Below are positions 54,824 to 62,948 of a stretch of 64,000 nt of DNA, piece after piece; positions within the stretch are counted from its first letter, which is position 1, and each line of letters begins with the position of its first letter. The translations under genes and the position numbers were made by a program. Source of the stretch: a virus; IMG/VR virus record IMGVR_UViG_3300018080_000002, positions 1-64,000 of that record; one strand, given 5' to 3'. The notes below the pieces were generated by a model. It was not told the DNA's origin. It worked only from the letters and a program-made list of their open reading frames with translations, and did no database searches.

Positions 54824-55096
54824 ATGTCTAATAGTAATGATGTTCATTTCTCAAATAAGGTAATCAGCACGTTAAGCGATAATGATATACTTCATTTGAG
54901 CGTATCTCACCGTTGTAAGCCGGAGGTGGGTGAAAAATTCAAGCAAATTAATGAGGGCTGTGAGAAATTCATCAAGCTCATTAGAGATACATGCCCAGGT
55001 TGCGCGGATTCGCAGAATGCGATGCGATGTATCAGGGAAGCTAGAATGTGGGCAAATTCTGCCTTGGCTTTGGATCAAAAGAATTGGGATGACTAG
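54824..55096 (+). CDS. Acb2/Tad1-hairpin-like small protein
   Basis: H..KPE..EKFKQI..LI..TCP..D...A...IREARMWANSALA helical-hairpin pattern. Confidence 0.5.
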   Translation: MSNSNDVHFSNKVISTLSDNDILHLSVSHRCKPEVGEKFKQINEGCEKFIKLIRDTCPGCADSQNAMRCIREARMWANSALALDQKNWDD

Positions 55097-55106
55097 GAGG
55101 AATAAG

Positions 55107-55511
55107 GTGACGATTACATATAGGGTATATGATTCATATAAAGTAAGACCTGTCGTAGATGCGTTGAATAGGCGTAGAGAGGTTGAAGAGTTTCCTCTTG
55201 TGGTCGGTGATACATTGCCCTATCTGGATTTTAGTCTGATTGATGAGGATGAAAATCCGTATGATCTTACTGGGCATACAGTCAAATTTTACTTTAAAAA
55301 ATATGGGCTTGGGTATCATTCAAATAGTAGTACTGAGTGTGATATTGTCGAGGCGGTTTCTGGCACATGTAGATACAGTTGGAGCGAGGGTGATATTGAA
55401 GAACCTGGGCTGCATGTCGGAGAATTAGAATTAACTACTCAAGATCATAAGAAATTATCGATGCCTTACGTGGTCCGATTTCGAGTCAGGGATCAGTTAG
55501 AACAAACTTGA
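55107..55511 (+). CDS. BppU N-terminal-like domain protein
   Basis: GDTLPYLDFSLID..PYDLTGHTVKF..G.CRYSW..GD...PG...GE; GTG start after AGGAGG. Confidence 0.55.
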   Translation: MTITYRVYDSYKVRPVVDALNRRREVEEFPLVVGDTLPYLDFSLIDEDENPYDLTGHTVKFYFKKYGLGYHSNSSTECDIVEAVSGTCRYSWSEGDIEEPGLHVGELELTTQDHKKLSMPYVVRFRVRDQLEQT

Positions 55512-55608
55512 TAATATATTAGTTATCAATTCTTGTTTGTTTTTCCTTGGATTTATGTTAATATTCAATAACAAACTGTTTTTGTTGATTTTAGTTAGGT
55601 TGTTGATT

Positions 55609-56844
55609 ATGTCTGTACTCAGGATTCAGGGGGAGAACGATAAAATATATGAGATTACGAGAGAGGGGAAAAAATATATTTGTCCTTGCTCTGGATATAC
55701 TCATGGTCGTTGCTCTCATACTGCTAAAGCCAAAGATTTTTTAGAAAATGACTTCAAATCATATAAAGATGCCTTGTTTTCTGCGTTTCATAAAGAGGTC
55801 AGGCGTTGTGATCTACAGCGGGGTATGACCTGGGCTTATATCATCAAAAAATTTAATAGCGATAAGGAAGTTCGGGATTTTTATTTGAAAATCTGCATTG
55901 AGGATACTCGGAATTTTGATCTATACAATTTGATCATCAATCAGTGGGGTGTCAAAGGTCAGATTGAAATTGCGAAGCTCTTGATTTTGTCAAAAAAGCG
56001 ATGGATGAACAATAAAGACGATTGGTTGGAAAAGCTGGTAAAGGGCTATATTGCTCAGATTGATGACGACCATTGGCCTGAAGATAAGGTTCGGAGGACG
56101 ATTTTTAACAGCTCTGATTTAGCCGAGTGGTACTCCTGCGTTTTTGCGGTTTTCAATTCGGATGATCGATCCAAGATGATTCGTGCTTTTGTTGAATCAT
56201 TGAAAAATCGGATGTATTCACAAACTCGTTTGCCGAATAGAAACGAGAGCAAATTTTTGATGGCTACGACTTTGGGATTTAATGAACTTTTGGCTTTATG
56301 CGATTTAGGTTTAGGATATTGGAATAGTGGAATGAATGAATATATGGGTGATGAAGAATATGTGAAACCTAATTACATCCCAAAATTTCAAGATTATACT
56401 CATGATAATATGACTACTACGGGCAAAAACCGCTTATACAAGCATTGGTTTTCGATACGTTTCGGAAAAAAACAACCTCCTAAAATTGATATGCGTTGGT
56501 CGGGAATGATGTACGGGCTGCTATGGAGACAATTAGCTTTTCGTAAAGTTAAAGGCGATTTGAGAGAAATTGATTGGAAGGAAATTGAAGTAGATGGTAA
56601 GTTTTTAGAATTGGCTCAAAGACTGGATGGATGTCTGCATAAATTGTTTTATGGAATGGTTCATTTCATGAACTTTAGGTTGGATGATGATCCGTTATTT
56701 ACGCGAATTGTGTCCGATTGTAAGGGTCATGAGGATCTAGTCAGACCTGTCGAGTTTTTCGGGACTAAGAGAGACAATGTATTATTTAAGCAGGAATGCG
56801 CTAGGATTTATGGAAACATAGATGATCAGGTTCAACTTTCATAA
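55609..56844 (+). CDS. SWIM zinc finger + MgsA/RarA C-terminal-like domain
   Basis: YICPCSGYTHGRCSH; SAFHKEVRRCD; no Walker motifs. Confidence 0.45.
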   Translation: MSVLRIQGENDKIYEITREGKKYICPCSGYTHGRCSHTAKAKDFLENDFKSYKDALFSAFHKEVRRCDLQRGMTWAYIIKKFNSDKEVRDFYLKICIEDTRNFDLYNLIINQWGVKGQIEIAKLLILSKKRWMNNKDDWLEKLVKGYIAQIDDDHWPEDKVRRTIFNSSDLAEWYSCVFAVFNSDDRSKMIRAFVESLKNRMYSQTRLPNRNESKFLMATTLGFNELLALCDLGLGYWNSGMNEYMGDEEYVKPNYIPKFQDYTHDNMTTTGKNRLYKHWFSIRFGKKQPPKIDMRWSGMMYGLLWRQLAFRKVKGDLREIDWKEIEVDGKFLELAQRLDGCLHKLFYGMVHFMNFRLDDDPLFTRIVSDCKGHEDLVRPVEFFGTKRDNVLFKQECARIYGNIDDQVQLS

Positions 56845-56855
56845 GGAGTATTAAC

Positions 56856-57269
56856 ATGCGAATGAAATTTTTGATGGCAACGATTTTTTTGGCGTTATTT
56901 TCATGCGGAGAAAGAGAGGATCAGGAAAAGAAACCAAATTATGACAAATTGTTGGTTGGTGTATGGGAAATGGTTAGGCAAACCCCTACAGCAGAGGATG
57001 TGGTTAAATGCGGTGATATCATGATCCTTCACTCAGATCAGACGGTGACGAGACAGTACAAATGCGGGAATGAGGTAAGGACTACGGTAAATAGGAATTT
57101 CAGAGGTCACTATGAGCGTTTCGGAGACAGATTACATTTCAGATATGCAAATGCCATGACTGAGATCTATTTTTTCACTCTCGATGATAATGAATTGACG
57201 TTGGTTAAGAGTAATCAGGAGATCGTTTATTACCGGAGACCTTCAGACGGGTTAAGGATTGAGGACTAA
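56856..57269 (+). CDS. Lipocalin-like lipoprotein
   Basis: Lipobox LFSC and LLVGVWEM. Confidence 0.55.
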   Translation: MRMKFLMATIFLALFSCGEREDQEKKPNYDKLLVGVWEMVRQTPTAEDVVKCGDIMILHSDQTVTRQYKCGNEVRTTVNRNFRGHYERFGDRLHFRYANAMTEIYFFTLDDNELTLVKSNQEIVYYRRPSDGLRIED

Positions 57270-57755
57270 GAAATGTATGTAAAGTTCGTTTTCGTACTCG
57301 TATGTTCCGTATTTTTGTTAGGTAGTAAGATCCCGAATAGAAAACCGGATGTTGTTTCACAAAGAGCTAAAATTTCTGACTACTATATTTATGATAAAAA
57401 ATCTCGGAAATGGATCTGGAAACCAGATTACTATGCTGCCGTTAGAAAAAAAATGGCTAAAAATAGGAAAAAATATCGGAAATTGCAGGCAAAAAAGAAA
57501 CCAGTTATCAAGAAAAAGCGAAAAGTTGAGCCGTTCATATATAGAGATGATCCTGTTATACAATACATATTAAAATAGTTGACTCCAATTTGCTTATCGA
57601 TTACAAGGGTATGGTCTATTGAACTTGTAGGACAATGGACGACTGGTATCTGAATGACACAGCTTCGAGAGTTTCACTCTTTTTTTGTCATTTAGATGCC
57701 AGCCTGCTTGTGTTTTGATGTTTGATGTATTGCGTACTTAAAACCGTTCAAAAAC

Positions 57756-57825
57756 GGTAGCGAGATGTAAGTGAGGGCTACTTCGGCCATTATGAAATTC
57801 CCCTTGCTGATTTGTTTCCGCTATC
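57756..57825 (+). ncRNA. YrlA-type Y RNA unit 1 (scaffold only)
   Basis: GGTAGCG/CGCTATC stem, AGATGTA..CTACTTCG..TGTTTC shared motifs, inner stem AGTGAGGG/CCCTTGCT. Confidence 0.6.
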
Positions 57826-57838
57826 ATAGTATTTGTAC

Positions 57839-57950
57839 TGACGAGATGTATGTGAGAGTTACTTCGTAAGTTCGACTCTTATCCCTCCCTCCATTCCATT
57901 ACGGGGGGGTTGTCCAGTGGGGACATTTCTCTTACAGTCTGTTTCCGTCA
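57839..57950 (+). ncRNA. YrlA-type Y RNA unit 2 (circularly permuted tRNA-like module)
   Basis: Same scaffold; payload order is T arm (TTCGACT), closed acceptor-like stem, D-like arm. Confidence 0.7.
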
Positions 57951-57966
57951 TCAATCAGGTAAAATT

Positions 57967-58078
57967 TGCAGAGTAGTGTAGGTTAGAGATACTTCGTGTA
58001 ATGGTTACACATCTGACTCGAAATCGGACGTAGCGGTTCAAATCCGCAGTTTTCCTCTTACTGATTGTTCTCTCTGCA
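57967..58078 (+). ncRNA. YrlA-type Y RNA unit 3 (D-anticodon-T payload)
   Basis: TGCAGAG/CTCTGCA stem; D arm, anticodon arm TCTGA-CTCGAAA-TCGGA, T arm TTCAAAT; no acceptor stem. Confidence 0.7.
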
Positions 58079-58092
58079 TTAACGATATTTGA

Positions 58093-58230
58093 TATAGGCG
58101 CAGTGTAGATTATGCTTACTTCGCATTGAAAGCGGCGGGTCGTTGGTTCGAGTCCAACTCTGGGGGTTTCCCCAGATAGCTCAGTTGGTAGAGCAGCTTC
58201 GTATGGCATTATTGATTGTTCTCGTCTATA
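58093..58230 (+). ncRNA. YrlA-type Y RNA unit 4 (circularly permuted tRNA-like module)
   Basis: GTTGGTTCGAGTCCAAC, then TCTGGGG/CCCCAGA closed stem, then TAGCTCAGTTGGTAGAGC, all inside the scaffold. Confidence 0.8.
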
Positions 58231-58247
58231 CTAATTTTGCTGATAAT

Positions 58248-58387
58248 GAGAGCGTGATGTAGATTATAGACTTCCTTCGCATTTTAGCTCACTTGGTAGA
58301 GCACAAAAGTTAGAATTTTGAGGTAGCGGGTTCAATCCCCGCAAATGTGACCATTAGGTCGGGTCTTATTCGCCTGTTTCCGCTCTT
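58248..58387 (+). ncRNA. YrlA-type Y RNA unit 5 enclosing a complete tRNA-like cloverleaf
   Basis: GAGAGCG/CGCTCTT stem; cloverleaf at 58278-58353 with anticodon loop GTTAGAA and an ACCA end. Confidence 0.7.
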
Positions 58388-58407
58388 TTAATACGTTAGG
58401 TGATATT

Positions 58408-59127
58408 ATGCTTGTTGTTGATCAGAGTCAGTTTGATAGATTTTTTTCCATCCTAGAAAAACCCGAAAAAGATGAAGTATATTTTGTGTCTCTGTCAGCC
58501 AGAAACAAGTATTTGACTGATGAAGAACGCCAACGCTTTCGCCTTGGCAAAACGGAGATGTTTGGTCGGACCACTATCAAGGATTTTAACGATCTTCCAT
58601 ATATCGTGCGGAAGCTAGAGGGGTTCCTTGGCGCATATCGCACCAGGAGCGGTTTAGAGATCCCTGAGCAAGCGAGAGTGGTTTACATCAATGTCAACCC
58701 ATCCTCAACAATTAAGGCGTATACAGCCTTGACTAAGGATCTTAATGACGCTTTATTTCGTTGTCATCTCGGCACTTGTGATTACTCGATGTTCAAGTCT
58801 ATTGAGCGCAGGATTTTGAATCATGTCCAGAGATCCAGATCTCGGCAGGTTTTCGTAGATATTGATTTTGATAACGTATCGGAAACGCTTGTTAAGGTGT
58901 TTAGAGGTCGTATTAGAGATACCGAGAATTACTTGATACGAACGAAATCAGGTGTTCATGTTTTGATCAAAAAAGAGACTTTAACGAAAGATATCAAGCT
59001 TGGTGTGATCATTGAGAATTTCAATGATGAAGCTAAAACGAGCGGTGGAGAGGTCGAGATAAACCAGAACCAGATGGTTCCTATGCCGGGAACAATGCAA
59101 GCTGGTCATTTGGTTACGATCGAGTAA
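58408..59127 (+). CDS. Hypothetical protein with AEP/primase-like motifs
   Basis: VFVDIDFD and IRTKSGVHVLI resemble AEP motifs I and II. Confidence 0.4.
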   Translation: MLVVDQSQFDRFFSILEKPEKDEVYFVSLSARNKYLTDEERQRFRLGKTEMFGRTTIKDFNDLPYIVRKLEGFLGAYRTRSGLEIPEQARVVYINVNPSSTIKAYTALTKDLNDALFRCHLGTCDYSMFKSIERRILNHVQRSRSRQVFVDIDFDNVSETLVKVFRGRIRDTENYLIRTKSGVHVLIKKETLTKDIKLGVIIENFNDEAKTSGGEVEINQNQMVPMPGTMQAGHLVTIE

Positions 59128-59223
59128 TATCTGTCTGAAGAAACTAGAAAATCCCTAAAATACCTTATTTGACTGTTTTGTGGTATAATATAGCCAGAAA
59201 CCATTCCAAAAGGAGGGCTGGCT

Positions 59224-60084
59224 ATGTTTAGATTAGCAATCATAGCTTTGTCGTTTTGCCTCTCCTGCTCGATGTTTGCCCGTACAAATGTTAAGACGTT
59301 CATGCCTGAAAATGACTTACATTTAGAGGATGATCTTTTTTCTCTATATGGTACTTCCGAACAAGAATTTTATGACGTTATCGAGGATGCTGAGAGGGTA
59401 TTTGCTCCTATCGTAGAAAGGCTTGGGGGTAGATTGTATATCTATAAAAAGTGGTATGATAGCACTGTTAATGCAATGACTTATAGACAAGGAGATTGGT
59501 GGATCATTGAAATGTATGGTGGTTTGGCTCGTAGACGAGAAATAACTAGAGATGGTTTTAACATGGTTCTTTGTCATGAGTTTGGTCATCAACTTGGAGG
59601 ATTCCCTTTCGTTCAAGATTGGGCTGCGGCTGAAGGTCAATCGGATTATTATGCGACTCATGCGTGTGCTAAACTGCTTTGGGCTAATGACGACAATTCT
59701 TGGACAAGACGCCAAATTCCCGCTTTTCCGAAGGGATTATGTGATAGGACTTGGAAGTCTCAAGCTGATCGTGATCTGTGCTACAGGAGCATGTTAGCGA
59801 GTAAATCGACAAATGATTTGCTGGCTGTTTTGAGTGGAGAGAGGGTTAATTATAATACGCCAGATCGATCTGTGGTTAGACGGACGAATACCAGTTATCC
59901 GAGAACTACTCAGTGTAGGCTGGATACCATGATGGCGGGAAGTGTCTGTGTAGCTCGCTGGAATCATGGAAGAATCCCGTCAACTGAAAGGAGTTCAGTT
60001 TATTATTTGTGTTCTACGGCTAGAGGTTATAGTATGGGGGTTAGACCGCGTTGTTGGTTTGCTCCTAGAATTGGGTTGCATTAG
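59224..60084 (+). CDS. Exported zinc metalloprotease
   Basis: Signal peptide or lipobox, VNA, GGLARR, CHEFGH (HExxH), EGQSDYYA, Cys-rich C-terminus. Confidence 0.75.
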   Translation: MFRLAIIALSFCLSCSMFARTNVKTFMPENDLHLEDDLFSLYGTSEQEFYDVIEDAERVFAPIVERLGGRLYIYKKWYDSTVNAMTYRQGDWWIIEMYGGLARRREITRDGFNMVLCHEFGHQLGGFPFVQDWAAAEGQSDYYATHACAKLLWANDDNSWTRRQIPAFPKGLCDRTWKSQADRDLCYRSMLASKSTNDLLAVLSGERVNYNTPDRSVVRRTNTSYPRTTQCRLDTMMAGSVCVARWNHGRIPSTERSSVYYLCSTARGYSMGVRPRCWFAPRIGLH

Positions 60085-60154
60085 TATGAGTGATGTTGTA
60101 TATCAACAAATTATAAGGTTGATCTTGTAAGAGAGGATTATTCGCATGTTTTTT

Positions 60155-60270
60155 TTAGCACCACAAAAGCCAGAGATTAATGGTCATCAAGATTGGTACG
60201 ATGATCCGTAGGTGCTAATAAATAAAGTTTTCCCAACGCCTTAGCACCAAAAAGCTGAGGCGTTTTTTTT
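60155..60270 (+). promoter_or_regulatory. Terminator/antiterminator-like leader of the Ro60 gene
   Basis: AACGCCTTAGC/GCTGAGGCGTT plus T-run; GGTGCTAA is complementary to two copies of TTAGCACC. Confidence 0.5.
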
Positions 60271-60295
60271 ATCCCGTATTTTTCGGAGGTGTAAG

Positions 60296-61876
60296 GTGTC
60301 AAGGTTTAATTCAACAGCAACTAAGGGGGTTCAGACTGTAAAAAATCACGGTGGAGCTGATTCGTACAAACTATCCAAGGAAGTAGAATTGTATTCGGTT
60401 GTTTGCAATAGTTTGATAACGGACAAGTATTACGAGAGTGGAGATAGTCAGCTCGCTAGAATCATAGAGTTGGTAAAAGACTGCGATCCAGTTTTTGTCG
60501 CTAACTTGGCATCCTATGCGCGTAACGAAATGAATTTGAGGACGGTTCCTGTGGTCTTGAGTACGTTGTTATGTAGGAATGTGGGTGGATCTGTAGCCAA
60601 AGATGCGGTTTTCAGGACGGTAAAACGTGCTGATGAAATCACTGAGGTTCTTGGTTATTTCGCTCAATTAAACAAAGACAATTGGAAAAAGATTAGCGAA
60701 AAAGGCCATATCAAGACTAAGAAAATGTCGAAATACTCTCACTCTTTAAAGAGAGGTATTGCGAAGGTATTTGAGTCTGGAAGGTTCGATCGATACCAAT
60801 TTTCTAAGTATAACAGGCAACGAGAATTTTCGTTCAAAGATGCTTTGTTTCTTTGCAATCCTAAGCCTCAGAACGATGAGATGGCTGAACTATTCAAGTT
60901 GATTGCGAGTGATGAATTGGGGTCTGCTGATACTTGGGAAGCTAAACAATCGGCTCTAGGTCAGGAGAATAAGGAGAAATCGGAGGATGAGGCGAAGGTA
61001 TCCAAGCTAGAGGTTTGGAAAGAGATGATTGCGAACAAAAAGCTTGGACACATGGCTTTGCTGAGAAACCTCAACAACATCCTTAAATGTAAGCCTGACT
61101 CTGCTTTTATGGATGATGTATGTCGAGAGCTGGTTCGTGGTGCTAAGAAAAGTAAGCAGTTTCCTTTTAGGTACTGGAGTGCCTATAAGACATTACAGAA
61201 AGATCATGGTCATCACTCAGATCCATTTCTGTTTCAGAAAGTATCTGATGCTCTGGAGCAGGCGATTAGGGATAGTATCAAGAGTATGAGTAAGTTTGAT
61301 GGAAATACTTTGATTGCCTGTGACGTTTCGGGATCGATGGTTACACCTGTTTCAGATAAGTCGATCATTCAAAATATCGATATAGGTTTGGTTCTTGGTT
61401 GTTTGTTAAAAAACGTTCAGAAACTAAATACTATTTTAGGTGTTTTCGGTGACGAATTTAAGATCATTACAGGTATCGGTAATGGGGTTTTGGCTGATGT
61501 CAGGAGTTCATTTGACTGGTCTCATAAAGTCGGTTGGTCGACTATGGGATACAAGGTCATTGAATACCTGAACAAAAGAAATTTGGATGTGAATCAGGTT
61601 CTTGTTTTCACTGACTGTCAGGTTTATGGATCTGCTGGAAATGGATACTACAGCAATGGTAATGAGATGGAGAGACAGTGGAGTATTTACAAGAGCAAGC
61701 ATCCTAATGCAAAGCTCTATATGTTCGATCTTTCTGGATATGGAAACGTGCCTCTAAGATTGGACAAAGGCGATGTTATTCATGTCGCTGGCTGGTCCGA
61801 TAGGATCTTTGAGGCGGTTGAGTATCTAAGAAAGGGATCTGATGCAGTAGATATGATTATGAACTATACTAGGTAA
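60296..61876 (+). CDS. rsr: Ro60/Rsr TROVE-domain RNA-binding protein
   Basis: YARNEMNLRTVP, RADE, KYNR, TWE, MALLRNL, QFPFRY, vWA MIDAS motif CDVSGSM, FTDCQ, GWSD. Confidence 0.9.
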   Translation: MSRFNSTATKGVQTVKNHGGADSYKLSKEVELYSVVCNSLITDKYYESGDSQLARIIELVKDCDPVFVANLASYARNEMNLRTVPVVLSTLLCRNVGGSVAKDAVFRTVKRADEITEVLGYFAQLNKDNWKKISEKGHIKTKKMSKYSHSLKRGIAKVFESGRFDRYQFSKYNRQREFSFKDALFLCNPKPQNDEMAELFKLIASDELGSADTWEAKQSALGQENKEKSEDEAKVSKLEVWKEMIANKKLGHMALLRNLNNILKCKPDSAFMDDVCRELVRGAKKSKQFPFRYWSAYKTLQKDHGHHSDPFLFQKVSDALEQAIRDSIKSMSKFDGNTLIACDVSGSMVTPVSDKSIIQNIDIGLVLGCLLKNVQKLNTILGVFGDEFKIITGIGNGVLADVRSSFDWSHKVGWSTMGYKVIEYLNKRNLDVNQVLVFTDCQVYGSAGNGYYSNGNEMERQWSIYKSKHPNAKLYMFDLSGYGNVPLRLDKGDVIHVAGWSDRIFEAVEYLRKGSDAVDMIMNYTR

Positions 61877-61878
61877 AT

Positions 61879-61916
61879 ATAGCGACGATGTTAGAACATA
61901 GCATTGTCGCTATTTT
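61879..61916 (+). terminator. Hairpin after the Ro60 gene
   Basis: ATAGCGACGATG/CATTGTCGCTAT followed by TTT. Confidence 0.5.
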
Positions 61917-61992
61917 GGGGTATGGGACTGCAAGGAGTGGTCACTGGCCTGTCACGCCAGAAATCAGGCGGGTTCAATTCCCGCATATCCCG
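61917..61992 (+). tRNA. tRNA-Asp(GTC)
   Basis: Cloverleaf; anticodon arm CTGGC-CTGTCAC-GCCAG. Confidence 0.8.
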
Positions 61993-61997
61993 TTTAC

Positions 61998-62069
61998 GCG
62001 GCTATAGGACAATGGCTAGTCCATCGGATTTTCAGTCCGGGCATCGGGGTTCGACTCCCCGTAGCCGTA
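61998..62069 (+). tRNA. tRNA-Glu(TTC)
   Basis: TCGGA-TTTTCAG-TCCGG; T loop TTCGACT. Confidence 0.85.
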
Positions 62070-62134
62070 TTTTGTATGACTGCTTCCGGTTTTTTTACGG
62101 AACCATATGTAGCAACGTTGGGAGAGTAAGGTTT

Positions 62135-62207
62135 GGAAGGGTAACTCAGTTGGTAGAGTGGCATCCTGATAAGGTGCTGGTCGATGGTTCAAGTCCATCC
62201 CTTTCCA
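62135..62207 (+). tRNA. tRNA-Ile(GAT)
   Basis: GCATC-CTGATAA-GGTGC. Confidence 0.9.
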
Positions 62208-62217
62208 CTTGTTTTAG

Positions 62218-62287
62218 GGGGCATCCTGTAGACGAGGTAACGCTCAAGTACGGGGGGATGTTGCGGGTTCGATCCCCGTGTGCTCCA
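62218..62287 (+). ncRNA. tRNA-like element with a G3-U70 acceptor stem and no D arm
   Basis: GGGGCAT/GTGCTCC-A acceptor; T arm GCGGG-TTCGATC-CCCGT; non-canonical middle. Confidence 0.5.
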
Positions 62288-62296
62288 CTTGAATGA

Positions 62297-62368
62297 TGGG
62301 ATGTAGCTCAGTGGTAGAGCAAGCGGCTGTTAACCGCTAGGTCGCGGGTTCGATCCCCGCTTTCCCAG
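62297..62368 (+). tRNA. tRNA-Asn(GTT)
   Basis: AGCGG-CTGTTAA-CCGCT. Confidence 0.9.
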
Positions 62369-62373
62369 CTTAA

Positions 62374-62446
62374 GCAACGGTAGCTCAGTCGGTAGAGCAC
62401 CAGACTGAAAATCTGGGTGTCGTTGGTTCAATTCCAACCCGTTGCA
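62374..62446 (+). tRNA. tRNA-Phe(GAA)
   Basis: CCAGA-CTGAAAA-TCTGG. Confidence 0.9.
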
Positions 62447-62456
62447 CTGGTTTTAA

Positions 62457-62529
62457 GGGTCATTAGTTCAGATGGTAGAACACGACACTTTTAATGTCGG
62501 GGTCGCTGGTTCAAGTCCAGCATGACTCA
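62457..62529 (+). tRNA. tRNA-Lys(TTT)
   Basis: CGACA-CTTTTAA-TGTCG. Confidence 0.9.
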
Positions 62530-62538
62530 TTTGATTAT

Positions 62539-62611
62539 TGGGGTGTAGAGCAGTTGGTAGCTCAACAGTTTTTGATGCTGTCGGTCGCTGGTTCGAGTCC
62601 AGCCACCCCAG
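62539..62611 (+). tRNA. tRNA-Gln(TTG)
   Basis: ACAGT-TTTTGAT-GCTGT; U1-A72 and G73. Confidence 0.85.
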
Positions 62612-62730
62612 TTTTTAACTCATATGAGTCGAAAACTGCCCTAAAGTTATCGTTTAAAGACATTTTATGGGTAGTTTAGAGGTTGTTTGGGCTGTTAAAT
62701 ACAAATTGTGAGTATTTAGATGTTTTGTTT

Positions 62731-62804
62731 AGGGGAATAGCTCAGTTGGCTAGAGCGATAGATTCCAAATCTATAGGTCATGGGTTCGATCCCTATTTCC
62801 CCTG
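62731..62804 (+). tRNA. tRNA-Trp(CCA)
   Basis: ATAGA-TTCCAAA-TCTAT. Confidence 0.9.
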
Positions 62805-62863
62805 TTTGATTCGACACCGTTTGTAGGTTTGTCGGTGACTAAGTTTAAAAAACCTGCGCTTAT

Positions 62864-62937
62864 GGTGGGCTTATCTCAGTTGGTAGAGAGACGGGTTGTG
62901 ATCTCGTAGGTCGTGGGTTCGAGTCCCACAGTTCACC
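62864..62937 (+). tRNA. tRNA-His(GTG)
   Basis: ACGGG-TTGTGAT-CTCGT; G-1 and C73. Confidence 0.9.
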
Positions 62938-62948
62938 CTTTTTTATAT

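Noticed and set aside
57955-58209. Minus-strand 84-aa ORF
   Set aside because: It is an antisense read of Y-RNA units 3 and 4.
58093-58230. Ordinary tRNA genes or pseudogenes at 57839-58230
   Set aside because: Arm order is permuted or the acceptor stem is missing, and each sits in a shared scaffold, which fits YrlA-type RNAs better.
61904-62679. ORFs 61904-62296, 62016-62198 and 62494-62679
   Set aside because: They overlap clear tRNA genes.
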